A stretch of 31,040 nt of DNA from an uncultured Candidatus Micrarchaeota archaeon (GCA_903858385.1 CAIOIN010000030.1:1-31040), one strand, 5' to 3'; shown: positions 1 to 9,247, counted from the first letter of the stretch. Notes: generated by a model from the sequence alone, not told the origin. Made by a program: numbers and translations.

Positions 1-23
1 TACCGAATCTAGGGTGCGTTTTG

Positions 24-785
24 ATGAGAGCGAATATCATCCTGTTCTTTGCCTGCGCAATGCTCTTGCTTCCTTTTGCGAATGCGACTTATACGGTCAG
101 CCACCTCAACGTGACGGTGAACCTTAACCGCAACACGAGCGCCCAGGTCAACGAGATGCTCGCGGTCAGGATAAGCAACGACTCAGTGGGCCAGTATTCG
201 ACCAGCAGGGTGGCATTGAATTTGACGCTTAGCGACTGGCAGTCGATAATAGGTTCCTCGCTCGTTGAGCACATAATAAACCCCGGCAGCGGGATATACA
301 ATTTCAGGTTCTTCCCGGGGCCGGTGATGGTGGTGAACCAGCAAAGCATAGCATACGTCCTGCTCAGCTACACGATCAATAACGTCACGGTCGTGAACCA
401 GACCGCGCCGAGAACTTTCGTGTATTCCCTTGCACCGAGGGTGTTCAATTTCGAGCACGGGTCCAATGGGGAGTTCCTGAGCCACAACACCACGCTGACC
501 ATAAACCTGCCTGGCGGAGCTACGGTAAAATCGGTGTACCCGCTCCCGGATTATCCGACCTCGGCATTCACGGACAACTACGCAAACACCACCAGCATGT
601 CGTGGTCTTCCGGAGAGCCGCTGTCAAAGTTCACGCTGCTGTTCACAATGACCGAAGGCGTCCAGACCGAGGTCACGAACTTCTTCCTGGGCGTGTACAG
701 GGTTCTTGGAGTGTTTGTGTACGTGATAATAGCCGCAGTGATTGCCGGGTTCATCCTTTACACGTACCTGAAGGCCGGAAGATGA
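24..785 (+). CDS. Predicted surface glycoprotein: signal peptide, beta-rich ectodomain, C-terminal membrane anchor
   Basis: Hydrophobic N-terminus (IILFFACAMLLLPFANA), nine N-x-S/T sequons, C-terminal TM (VLGVFVYVIIAAVIAGFILYTYL) followed by KAGR. ATG at 24 (TTG at 21 is the alternative). Confidence 0.7.
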   Translation: MRANIILFFACAMLLLPFANATYTVSHLNVTVNLNRNTSAQVNEMLAVRISNDSVGQYSTSRVALNLTLSDWQSIIGSSLVEHIINPGSGIYNFRFFPGPVMVVNQQSIAYVLLSYTINNVTVVNQTAPRTFVYSLAPRVFNFEHGSNGEFLSHNTTLTINLPGGATVKSVYPLPDYPTSAFTDNYANTTSMSWSSGEPLSKFTLLFTMTEGVQTEVTNFFLGVYRVLGVFVYVIIAAVIAGFILYTYLKAGR

Positions 786-795
786 GGGTGCTGCT

Positions 796-2262
796 TTGCA
801 CGAACACGAGACCAGGATATTGAAACTGCTCAAGGAGAAGAGAATATCGAGCCTTGAAGACATAGAGGAGAGCCTCGGCATAGACGCCGATGCGGCGATG
901 TGGGCTCTTGACGGGCTCTCGAAGAGCGGCGCGGTGAAGGTGTCAAAAATCAAAACTTATGGAGTTGAGATAGTCAACGAAGGCAAGGATTACCTGAAAT
1001 TATTCCCCGAAGAGGAGCTTGTGAGATCGATCGGCAGAAAAGGGCAGGAGAAGCTCAGCGAGATAAAGGACAACGTAGCGCTTCTTTGGGCGAAGAAGAA
1101 CAATTGGATAGAGCTGCGCGAAGGCTACGCGAAGCTCACAAAAGTAGGAGCGGCTGCCAACGGTGCAGAATACGCCCAAAGGAAGGTGCTTGAAGGCCTA
1201 GCCGATGCCGATGAAGACAAAGTCGGAATCCTATTCGAGAAGAACAAGGCAGAGGTGGACACGCTAGTGAAGAGGGGATTGCTGCGCGTCAAGGAGAGAG
1301 AAAGGATAAGCCGCATAGAGATCACGGATGCTGGCACAAAGCTAAGCGGCACGAAGCCGGAAGGAGGCATGGGCGAGCTGACCAGGGAGATGATACTTAG
1401 CAAGAGCTGGGTGGGCAAGGATTTCAAGAAGTACGACGTGAACGCGAGTTCTGAGATGCTCTACCCGGCGAGGCAGCACATGATGCACGAGTTTATAGAC
1501 GTGGTAAGGAACACCTGGCTGAACATGGGCTTCTCGGAGATGGAGGGGCCGATAGTGGAGAGCGCGTTCTGGGTCTTCGACGCGCTGTTCTCGCCGCAGG
1601 ACCATCCTACAAGGGACATGCAGGACACCTTCTTCCTTTCCAATCCGAAGCAGATCGACATAGAGGACGTTGAGATGCTGGGCAGGGTCAAGAAGGCGCA
1701 CGAAGCCGCATGGAAGGAGAAATGGCAGGAGAGCCTGGCCAAGCAGGCGCTGCTCAGGACCCACACCACCAGCGTCTCGGCCAGGTACATCAAGAAATTC
1801 GCCAACGCGGTCGAGAGCAGCTATCCGATAAAGCTCTTCTCGGTGGGCAGGGTCTACAGGAATGAGAGCATAGATTACAAGCACCTGGCGGAGCTGTACC
1901 AGACCGACGGCATCATCATAGGCAACAACCTCACGTTCGCGAACCTCATAGACACGCTGAAGAGGTTCTACTCCCAATTGGGAATAGAGGACATCAAATT
2001 CAAACCGAGCTACTTCCCGTTCGTGGAGCCGGGGCTTGAAGCGTATTATTATGACGAAAAGCGCAAGTGCACCACGGAGCTGTGCGGCGCAGGCATAATA
2101 AGGAAGGAGATAACGACGGCCATGGGCACGAACAAGACCGTGCTGGCCTGGGGCATAGGCATAGAGAGGCTGCTGATGCATTTCTTCGAGGTCGACTCCA
2201 TAACCGACCTCTATAGGAACGACCTGTGGTGGCTCAGGAACAGGAAGAAGATTGAGGTGTAG
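796..2262 (+). CDS. pheS: Phenylalanine--tRNA ligase alpha subunit (archaeal type, N-terminal winged-helix extension)
   Basis: Motifs FDALFSPQDHPTRDMQDTFF, LLRTHTT, GRVYRNESIDYKHLAE, FKPSYFPFVEPGLE, WGIGIERL. TTG start 5 nt after GGTG. Confidence 0.97.
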   Translation: MHEHETRILKLLKEKRISSLEDIEESLGIDADAAMWALDGLSKSGAVKVSKIKTYGVEIVNEGKDYLKLFPEEELVRSIGRKGQEKLSEIKDNVALLWAKKNNWIELREGYAKLTKVGAAANGAEYAQRKVLEGLADADEDKVGILFEKNKAEVDTLVKRGLLRVKERERISRIEITDAGTKLSGTKPEGGMGELTREMILSKSWVGKDFKKYDVNASSEMLYPARQHMMHEFIDVVRNTWLNMGFSEMEGPIVESAFWVFDALFSPQDHPTRDMQDTFFLSNPKQIDIEDVEMLGRVKKAHEAAWKEKWQESLAKQALLRTHTTSVSARYIKKFANAVESSYPIKLFSVGRVYRNESIDYKHLAELYQTDGIIIGNNLTFANLIDTLKRFYSQLGIEDIKFKPSYFPFVEPGLEAYYYDEKRKCTTELCGAGIIRKEITTAMGTNKTVLAWGIGIERLLMHFFEVDSITDLYRNDLWWLRNRKKIEV

Positions 2263-2269
2263 TGTTCGC

Positions 2270-3922
2270 ATGGCCACAATAGATTACTCGATAAAGGACC
2301 TGAACGATTATGGCATTAGTGAGGACAAGCTGCCGAAGCTCGTGGAATCCATAGGGATGGAAATAGAAGGGATAAAGGACGGCGAGGCGACGATGAACAT
2401 AACCCCCAACAGGCCTGATCTTCTTGACATCGTGGGATTCAAAAGAGCCCTCCTCTCTTTCTCTGGAAAGATTGTGCCGAAGGATAATTTCTACAGCATG
2501 GACAAAGAGCCGGCAATGGAAATTACCGTGGAAGATTCAGTCAAGTCCGTAAGGCCGTACATAGCGGCAATGGTAGTCAGGAACGCGGACCTGAGCGGCA
2601 ACAAGCTGAAGTACCTGATAAATTTCACCGAGAAGCTCTGCGACACCTATGGCAGAAGGAGGAAGAAGCTTGCAATAGGGCTCCACAACCTTGACGCCAT
2701 CAAAGGCCCGTTGGTCTACGACGCTGTGCATGATGGCGAGCTTGTCCCGCTTGGCGAGAGCAAGAAGATGAAGTTTGAAGAGGTCATACGGAAGCATGGG
2801 AAGGGGATAGAATACGGAAGCATTATAACTGCGAACAATCCGAAGGCGCTCTACCCGTTCCTGTCGGACTCCAAGAACGTGCTTTCGCTTATTCCGATAA
2901 CGAATTCCAACATCACAAGGGTGCTGGGCAGCACCAGGAATCTGCTGGTTGAACTGACCGGAACATCGATCAACGCAGTCATGGATGCGTTGGGGATGAT
3001 TGCATGCTCTTTTATCGACTCCGGGGCAGAAGTGCAGCCGTGCGCGATAGTATACAAGAACAGGACGATGAACACGCCGCAATTGTCTTATAGGGAGTTC
3101 CGCATCAAGAAGTTCTCTGTGGACAAGACCATTGGCGTAATCATAGATGACAACCAGATGGTAACTCTGGCGAACAAGATGGGGCACACGGCCGCGAAAT
3201 ACGGGAATTTCCTGCTGGTCGGGGTGCCGCCCTACCGGCTCGACGTACTCAACGAACAGGACGTGGTGGAGGACCTCGCAATCGCCTACGGCTACGACCG
3301 GATTCAGCCTTTGCCTGTCGGCGGTTTTTCAATAGGCGTGCCAGAAGACTACAGGGATTATTCAAACAGCGCATCTAGTCTCATGATCGGGCTCGGATTC
3401 TCCGAGGCCATGAACACCTATTTGACAAACGAGAAGCTCAACTTCGAGAGCGTCGCGCACAAATACGAGCCAGCGTCGGTTGTCAGCATAGCCTACGCGA
3501 AGACCGAGGTCACGACCATGCTCAGGACCTCTATTCTGCCGCAGCTGCTGCAGAACCTTGGCCAGTCAATGCACGAGCGCATGCCGCAGAAGCTTTTTGA
3601 GATAGGTAGCGCATTCGGCGTCGAAAAGGGCAGGATAAAGGAAACGCACCTCATGGGTGTGGTCAGCGAGCATTCAAAGGCCAATTTCGCGGAGATGAAA
3701 TCGGTCGTAGAAGCCATGATGAGGCAGCTCGGTAGCGGCAAATATTCGATAGAAGATCTTGACGATCCTGCTTTCATAAAGGGAAGGTGCGCGTGCATCC
3801 GCATCGATGGAAAGACGGTCGGCCACTTCGGCGAGATAGCCCCGCAGGTCCTTGAAAATTTCAAGCTTGAGGAACCGGTGGTCGCGGCTGAGATAATGAT
3901 TGACCGCATGCGCAAGGTCTGA
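2270..3922 (+). CDS. pheT: Phenylalanine--tRNA ligase beta subunit
   Basis: ITPNRPDLL, B3/4 domain RRRKKLAIGLHNLD, VPPYRLDVL..DVVEDLAIAYGY, LRTSILPQLL. Follows pheS. ATG at 2270 after AGTG-N5. Confidence 0.96.
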   Translation: MATIDYSIKDLNDYGISEDKLPKLVESIGMEIEGIKDGEATMNITPNRPDLLDIVGFKRALLSFSGKIVPKDNFYSMDKEPAMEITVEDSVKSVRPYIAAMVVRNADLSGNKLKYLINFTEKLCDTYGRRRKKLAIGLHNLDAIKGPLVYDAVHDGELVPLGESKKMKFEEVIRKHGKGIEYGSIITANNPKALYPFLSDSKNVLSLIPITNSNITRVLGSTRNLLVELTGTSINAVMDALGMIACSFIDSGAEVQPCAIVYKNRTMNTPQLSYREFRIKKFSVDKTIGVIIDDNQMVTLANKMGHTAAKYGNFLLVGVPPYRLDVLNEQDVVEDLAIAYGYDRIQPLPVGGFSIGVPEDYRDYSNSASSLMIGLGFSEAMNTYLTNEKLNFESVAHKYEPASVVSIAYAKTEVTTMLRTSILPQLLQNLGQSMHERMPQKLFEIGSAFGVEKGRIKETHLMGVVSEHSKANFAEMKSVVEAMMRQLGSGKYSIEDLDDPAFIKGRCACIRIDGKTVGHFGEIAPQVLENFKLEEPVVAAEIMIDRMRKV

Positions 3923-3924
3923 TC

Positions 3925-4554
3925 TTAGTTCGTTGTTGATCCCTTCTCGACTTCGCTTCTGTGCTCTTCTGCTATCTTTTGCACAATGCCCAGCTTTGAG
4001 TTCAGGTAACTAGCCTGCCATCGCGTGAACTTCTCCCGCTTCCTCGTCGCCGTTTCAGTCATCTTTTTCTGCCATTTTGACCTCATCGCCGACCACTCAT
4101 CGGCAGTGTAGCCGTAGGGAGGACTTTCCTTTATGGTCTTGGGATTGTGCGAATTGGCGTACAACTCGGTGTAGTAATCGTAATCGACGTCGCGCGCGCT
4201 GGATGGATCCACGTGCACCCCCTCTTTCGAGAGCATTTTTACCAGCTCTCCCTGGCTCGTCTTGTCGCTAGAATTGTCTGCATTGCTCGGGTTGTAGATT
4301 ATGGTTATCTGGGCATCGTCAAAATCCACGGCCGCTTTTATCACGGCGCCGAGAAGCATGAGCCGGTACTGCAGACGCGCTGAGTGTGGGAGATCCAACA
4401 GCTCCGCTTTCTTCAGATTTGAGAAGGTGACTTTCCTCACCATCCGGTACGGCATGCGGTACTGCTTCCCTTCCTCGATGACATAAGGGCCTACCCCCGA
4501 GCCCGTCTTGGCTCCGTTGCTGCCTGTTCCAATGGGTGCATCTCTTCTGTCCAT
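3925..4554 (-). CDS. Hypothetical protein with an HMA/ferredoxin-like fold segment lacking the CxxC metal motif
   Basis: RLMLLGAVIKAAVDFDDAQITIIYNPS...KTSQGELVKMLSKEGV follows the HMA alpha-beta-beta-alpha pattern. The protein has no Cys. Its ATG overlaps the TGA of the radical SAM gene (TGATG). Fold call is from pattern recognition only. Confidence 0.6.
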   Translation of the reverse strand: MDRRDAPIGTGSNGAKTGSGVGPYVIEEGKQYRMPYRMVRKVTFSNLKKAELLDLPHSARLQYRLMLLGAVIKAAVDFDDAQITIIYNPSNADNSSDKTSQGELVKMLSKEGVHVDPSSARDVDYDYYTELYANSHNPKTIKESPPYGYTADEWSAMRSKWQKKMTETATRKREKFTRWQASYLNSKLGIVQKIAEEHRSEVEKGSTTN

Positions 4555-6362
4555 CACTTGACACCGCTGCTTTTCTGCCCTTCGGGCTTCTCAATGCTGA
4601 AGTTTGCCACAGGCTTGCCGCCGTTTACCGGCAGGGCGAAGTAATCCTTCAGGTTGCCGTAGGTCTTCCAGTATGCCTTGGACGATTCAAGCTGCTTTGG
4701 ATTCCTGATATACTTGTCCTTTGAGTATGTCCAGCCCGGATGGGTCCTCTGCCATTCGCTGGCAGGCGTGCTGTACTGCTTCTGTATCTTGTCCCTGTAG
4801 ATCTCGGGGAAGATGTTGAATGTGCAGAACGGCAGCACCTCGCCGTCGGGCATCGCGTAATGGACGGCGCATTTCTCGACTCGGCGCACATCGTAGTTGT
4901 ACTCGTCCTGGAAGTGCATCATGCCGAGGAACAGGGTCTTCATGTGGAACTTGCCCATGACTGAAAAATCGTGCTTCAGGAATATGGATTTGAGCAGTTC
5001 GGTGAAGTTTATGCTCTTCGGCTGCTTTGCCGAGTCTATGAACTTTCCAAGTCCGAGCAGCGCCTTCATGGCTATGGCCTTTCTCGCGAGCCTGCCCTTG
5101 CCTTTCATCTCAATTGTGGTGTTGTTGATGTACTCGAAAAGCCCCTGCACGTCCACGAATTCTGTGAGCGGAATTATCCTGCCGTCTGAATCTATGAACA
5201 GGTAGCAGGCGGCGCCGCAGGCGAAATGCACCGAAAGATCGTATTTGTATTCTCCGGTCAGCGATTCTATGAACTTGTTTATGCTGCCGACGTATGGAAC
5301 CGAGAACCAGTCATCCTTCTTTATCACACCATTCGTCTGCTGCTCTATGAGCTTTATCGCGCTCGGTATGGTTATTCTTTGCTTCTCCCTCATTCCGGTC
5401 GGCATGCGCCCCACGAGCGATACTGGCTGGAAGTTCACTGCTCTCACCACATCGAGATTGTTGATCGCAAAATTTATCGTGGCGCCGAGCTCGTGCTCGT
5501 TCATGGTCCTTATCACCGTAGGTACGAGCACTATGCCCAATTTCGACTTTCTCGCTGCGTTGAGTATCATGGGTATTTCCCAGTGGTTCTTCGGGTTCGT
5601 CCTCTTCGACACTCCGTCGAAGCTCATGTAAAGCGTGCTTGTGCCTGCGTGCTTCAGCTCGTAGGCAAGATCGGGATTGAGGCCGATGTTTATGCCGGTC
5701 GTGTTGAGCTGGACCTGGTCGAAGCCCTCCTCTTTCGCCATCTTCACTATGTCGACTATCTGCGGGTGCATGGTCGGCTCGCCGCCGGTTATCTGTATCG
5801 CGTTCGTCGATATGGGCTTCTGGTTCTTCAGGCTCTTGAACATCTTCCTTATTTCATCGAGGTTCGGCTCGTATATCGGCTCGCCCTCTTTCGCAAAGAA
5901 GAAGCAGTACCAGCATGAGAGGTGGCATCTGTTGGTCACGACGACGTTCGCAAGGCCGGTGTGCGTCTGATGGCGCTCACACATGCCGCAATCGAACGGG
6001 CAATTGGCGCCCTTCGTCTTTGTCGTATAGTTGGGATTGTCGAAGCCGCGGCCTGCATAGTCGTACTTCTTCATCTTCATGTACATGTCGTAGTCTTCCC
6101 AGTACTTCTCGACGGTAAGCCCGTGCTCCGGGCAGCTCTTCCTTATCATCACGTTGTCTCCGTCCTTGTAGATTATGCCCTCTATGAGCAGCTTGCACTC
6201 CGGGCACACGGTTGTGGTCCTGTCTATCACCGGCATGCCTTCCATCTCCGCGACGGTCCTGTGGTATGGGGCGAGCACCGGATCTACAATGGGGGATGCA
6301 TGCTTCACGCTCGCCGAATCTTCCGCGCCTTCGACGGCATACACGCTATCCTGGCTGCTCAT
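4554..6362 (-). CDS. tes: Radical SAM enzyme of the MJ0619 family, likely tetraether lipid synthase (Tes/GDGT-MAS)
   Basis: N-terminal CPEC...CPEHG rubredoxin-like site, CPFDCGMCERH auxiliary cluster motif, CxxxCxxC (NRCHLSCWYC), QITGGEPT, VRAVNFQPVSLVGR, C-terminal MHFQDEYNYDVRRVEKCAVHYAMPDGEVLPFC. Confidence 0.85.
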   Translation of the reverse strand: MSSQDSVYAVEGAEDSASVKHASPIVDPVLAPYHRTVAEMEGMPVIDRTTTVCPECKLLIEGIIYKDGDNVMIRKSCPEHGLTVEKYWEDYDMYMKMKKYDYAGRGFDNPNYTTKTKGANCPFDCGMCERHQTHTGLANVVVTNRCHLSCWYCFFFAKEGEPIYEPNLDEIRKMFKSLKNQKPISTNAIQITGGEPTMHPQIVDIVKMAKEEGFDQVQLNTTGINIGLNPDLAYELKHAGTSTLYMSFDGVSKRTNPKNHWEIPMILNAARKSKLGIVLVPTVIRTMNEHELGATINFAINNLDVVRAVNFQPVSLVGRMPTGMREKQRITIPSAIKLIEQQTNGVIKKDDWFSVPYVGSINKFIESLTGEYKYDLSVHFACGAACYLFIDSDGRIIPLTEFVDVQGLFEYINNTTIEMKGKGRLARKAIAMKALLGLGKFIDSAKQPKSINFTELLKSIFLKHDFSVMGKFHMKTLFLGMMHFQDEYNYDVRRVEKCAVHYAMPDGEVLPFCTFNIFPEIYRDKIQKQYSTPASEWQRTHPGWTYSKDKYIRNPKQLESSKAYWKTYGNLKDYFALPVNGGKPVANFSIEKPEGQKSSGVK

Positions 6363-6368
6363 CGCTTA

Positions 6369-6403
6369 CACTCCTTGTTTTTGCGTTTTGAAGGTATTTT
6401 AAA
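6369..6403 (-). promoter_or_regulatory. Putative TATA box (TTTAAAA, 6403-6397) and Shine-Dalgarno (AGGAGTG, 6375-6369) of tes
   Basis: Both motifs read directly on the minus strand with archaeal-type spacing upstream of the ATG at 6362. Confidence 0.5.
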
Positions 6404-6470
6404 CCTATCTGCCCGATTTTTTACTTTCGTTCGTGAATTGCATCGATGCGTATGGCACTTCAGAGGGGTT

Positions 6471-7199
6471 TCAGTTTTCTCTCCATCTGGCCACATAACG
6501 TGCGATGAAAAGGTACACGACCGTCTCTGCAAGAAGTATGACGAGCATTAACCATGACATTGGCTCTAAACCGAATAATCCTTGCTCCAGCACCGCTGCG
6601 GGAGTGGAAGGCAGGATCGCAAGAACGAAAAGCACGCTCTTCGGTATGTAGGTGTATGGGTAGAATGTAGGCGCTATTACCGTCAACAGCGTCGATAGCA
6701 TCATCGATATCGCCCACGATTTCCTCGTGTATTTTACAAAACTGAGTATGGAGAATACTAGGGATAGAGTTGCGACGGTGACAAGAATGCACACTGCCAT
6801 GGTCATCACCAGATTGTATGGGGTCAGTAGGTGGTAGGACATATCCAATGCCAAGTACAGCAGTATGCTGGGTATCGACCATTCGAAGCTGCCCAGCATT
6901 TCTCCGAACATGTAATCCAATGGCCCGGTCTTTGTGGCGATTATGAGATCCTGATGCCGGTCGTCCAATCTGAACTGCGTGAGCTCTCCGGCTGACTGTA
7001 TGCTGTTGGTGACCATCATTGACACCAGACCCCCTGCAAGAGCGTAGGGCAGCAGTTCGCCGTGGGAAAGCACCCCGACGACAAAAAGAAGCGATAGTGG
7101 AAGGCATAGGTTGGCGATGATGTAATAGTAGCTGGACTTGATTGCAGCAAGCCCGGTGAACCAACCATGCGCTAGTATATATCTAATATTCAAGTTCAA
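6471..7199 (-). CDS. ABC-2 type exporter permease
   Basis: About six hydrophobic segments. Overlaps the 3' end of the upstream ABC ATPase. Confidence 0.8.
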   Translation of the reverse strand: MNLNIRYILAHGWFTGLAAIKSSYYYIIANLCLPLSLLFVVGVLSHGELLPYALAGGLVSMMVTNSIQSAGELTQFRLDDRHQDLIIATKTGPLDYMFGEMLGSFEWSIPSILLYLALDMSYHLLTPYNLVMTMAVCILVTVATLSLVFSILSFVKYTRKSWAISMMLSTLLTVIAPTFYPYTYIPKSVLFVLAILPSTPAAVLEQGLFGLEPMSWLMLVILLAETVVYLFIARYVARWREN

Positions 7200-8022
7200 C
7201 GCCCCTTTTTATGAAAAGATCGTCCAGAGTTATGGGTTTTATTATGTCGCCGACCATTACTGACGCCTCTGCTTCGTTTTTCCCGATGTATGAGATGTAT
7301 GTATTGCCCACCTTGTACGAATGGCTTTTCTTCTTGGTGCTTTCGACTCTTACCTTCCCTTTGAAAGGCTTGAGCAGATCCCCCACCTTTCCCTGCGAGA
7401 GTATCTTGCCCTTGTCCATCATGAGCACATCGTCCGAAAGGGCCTGCGCCTCTTCCATGTAGTGCGTGGTCAATATGACCTGGCCTTTTATGGCTTTTAT
7501 GGCAGACCACACCTCTATCCTTGATAATGGATCAAGCCCGGTTGTTGGCTCGTCTAAGAACACCACATCGGATTTCGATGCGATGGCCATGGCCACGAAT
7601 ATCTTCCTTTTCATGCCGCCTGAAAGCTCGTCTGATATCTTTTCCCTCACTTTCCAGAGGCCGACCGTCTTGATCGCCTTTTCTGCGGCTTCTTTCGCTT
7701 CGGACATTCGCATGCGCCTTGCCGAAAGATACAGTACAACGTTGTCCAATGGACTGAGGTAATTTATCGGCTTCGATTCCTGGGGTATGCTAACAATGAT
7801 ATTCCTGACATCCTGCGCGGCTTTTACCACATCAAGCCCGTTTATCGAAGCGGTACCTGAGGTCGGAAGGAGCTGCGTTGACAGTATTCTCAAAAGCGTG
7901 GTCTTGCCCGCGCCGTTCCTCCCTATTATCGACGTCGTTTTCTTATTGAGTGTGAAGTTGACGCCGTCTAAAGCAAGAGTGCCGTCCTTGTAGCGTTTTG
8001 TTATCGCTCTCGCTTCTATCAT
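7183..8022 (-). CDS. ABC transporter ATP-binding protein (DrrA/CcmA-like exporter)
   Basis: Walker A GRNGAGKTT, signature LSGGMKRK, Walker B VFLDEPTTGLDP, H-loop LTTHYMEEA. Start placed at ATG 8022 (MIEARAITK); the ORF track extends to 8067. Confidence 0.93.
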   Translation of the reverse strand: MIEARAITKRYKDGTLALDGVNFTLNKKTTSIIGRNGAGKTTLLRILSTQLLPTSGTASINGLDVVKAAQDVRNIIVSIPQESKPINYLSPLDNVVLYLSARRMRMSEAKEAAEKAIKTVGLWKVREKISDELSGGMKRKIFVAMAIASKSDVVFLDEPTTGLDPLSRIEVWSAIKAIKGQVILTTHYMEEAQALSDDVLMMDKGKILSQGKVGDLLKPFKGKVRVESTKKKSHSYKVGNTYISYIGKNEAEASVMVGDIIKPITLDDLFIKRGVELEY

Positions 8023-8070
8023 CGCATCCACTGCGTTTTCGAAGTACGATTTATTATGGGTTTTCACGGG

Positions 8071-8958
8071 TCAGACGCTTATGCCGAAGACGTGGCGTAT
8101 CAGCATGCCGATGATGAAGAGTATTATGGCTGTCGCGAACATTATGCCGGCCAGTTCGGTGAAATCTTTTTTGAAGTTGCTGCCGGTCATTATGGAGTTG
8201 TACCAGCTCACCGATGCTATTATCAGCACGCAAAGCGCTATCGACGATGCCATGGCTGTGAACATCGTGCTGGTCAGGAAGTAGGGCGCGGCGAGCACCA
8301 GAGTGCTCAAGAAGTACGATGCTCCGGTGTATCCGGCTGCGGTAAATGGCGAGCCCTTGAATCCCTGTTTCGCCTGCAGGTATGCTGCAGAGGCCATCGA
8401 GATCGATGCTGCTGCTCCGGCGATTATTCCGGCAAGGCCCGTGAGGATTGTTGAGTGGTACACCCCCAACGATCCCGTGTATATGGCGGTCACCTCAACC
8501 AACGCATCGGCGAGCCCGAGCACTATGAACGAGACGTATTTTATGTACGAATCTTGGATCTGGTCCGCGAACGCCTTTTCGTGTGACTCTTCGTCCTTGA
8601 TTATCATTTCGAGGAGCTTCTTGTCCTTGCTCGGTATCAAAGCCCTCAACGAGCTGTAGTTTTTGACTGCGTCCCCTTCGGTACTTTCGAGATATTTCAC
8701 TACGAACGCCGCTCCGAGCAGATGCCGAAGGAAAAGCAGTGTGTAGACTTTGGCGTAGTCGGGGCGTACGGACTCGTATTTGCAGTATCTGCCCCAGAAC
8801 AGGTAATGCTTATGTTCGGTTGCCGCTAGCTTCGAGAATATTTCGCAGAGCTTCTTGTCTTTTCCCATGTGCGAGAGCTTCGAATATATCGTGTAATCGG
8901 TTAGCTCTCCCTTGCGCCCTTCGATTGCTGCCTCTTCAAGAGATTTTTTGGGTGACAA
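8071..8958 (-). CDS. Erythrin (ferritin-like)-VIT1/CCC1 fusion, MbfA-like iron exporter
   Basis: Two ExxH diiron motifs (ATEHKHY, DEESHEK) followed by the VIT1 motif IVLGLADALVEV..G..AGAAASISMA and TM helices. TTG start at 8958 inferred from AGTG-N5; ATG 8982 is the alternative. Confidence 0.85.
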   Translation of the reverse strand: MSPKKSLEEAAIEGRKGELTDYTIYSKLSHMGKDKKLCEIFSKLAATEHKHYLFWGRYCKYESVRPDYAKVYTLLFLRHLLGAAFVVKYLESTEGDAVKNYSSLRALIPSKDKKLLEMIIKDEESHEKAFADQIQDSYIKYVSFIVLGLADALVEVTAIYTGSLGVYHSTILTGLAGIIAGAAASISMASAAYLQAKQGFKGSPFTAAGYTGASYFLSTLVLAAPYFLTSTMFTAMASSIALCVLIIASVSWYNSIMTGSNFKKDFTELAGIMFATAIILFIIGMLIRHVFGISV

Positions 8959-9013
8959 TTGCTCACTGCGTTCGATTAACATGCACAGGCAGTTATTAAA
9001 TCATTGCAGCGGA

Positions 9014-9247
9014 TCAGCCGACAAACTTGAATCGGGGTATTCGCTTGCCTTCGACCACGACCGTTTCCAGGAACATCTTCTTTGGCCGTATCCATATCGC
9101 GTTATTGCCGAATTCCTTGCTTTTGTAGAGCGCTTGGTACATGACAAACTCCTCTCTAGGATTCTCGCTGTGCCGTGCCACCCCCAGGACTTTGTAGAAA
9201 TTGCCTTTGTAATGCTGGTATTTCCCTATCTTTATTGTCCTTGCGAT
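9014..9247 (-). CDS. DUF1653-family small protein, absent from the ORF track because it has no ATG/GTG/TTG start
   Basis: Manual translation: (M/I)ARTIKIGKYQHYKGNFYKVLGVARHSENPREEFVMYQALYKSKEFGNNAIWIRPKKMFLETVVVEGKRIPRFKFVG*. It matches the family pattern Y.HYKG..Y.V..VARHSE...VMY.ALY...W.RP..MF...PRF. Confidence 0.8.
   Translation of the reverse strand: MARTIKIGKYQHYKGNFYKVLGVARHSENPREEFVMYQALYKSKEFGNNAIWIRPKKMFLETVVVEGKRIPRFKFVG

Noticed and set aside
4554-6362. Annotation as 7,8-dihydro-6-hydroxymethylpterin dimethyltransferase
   Set aside because: This is the older label for the MJ0619 family, which was later shown to be the tetraether/macrocyclic archaeol synthase.
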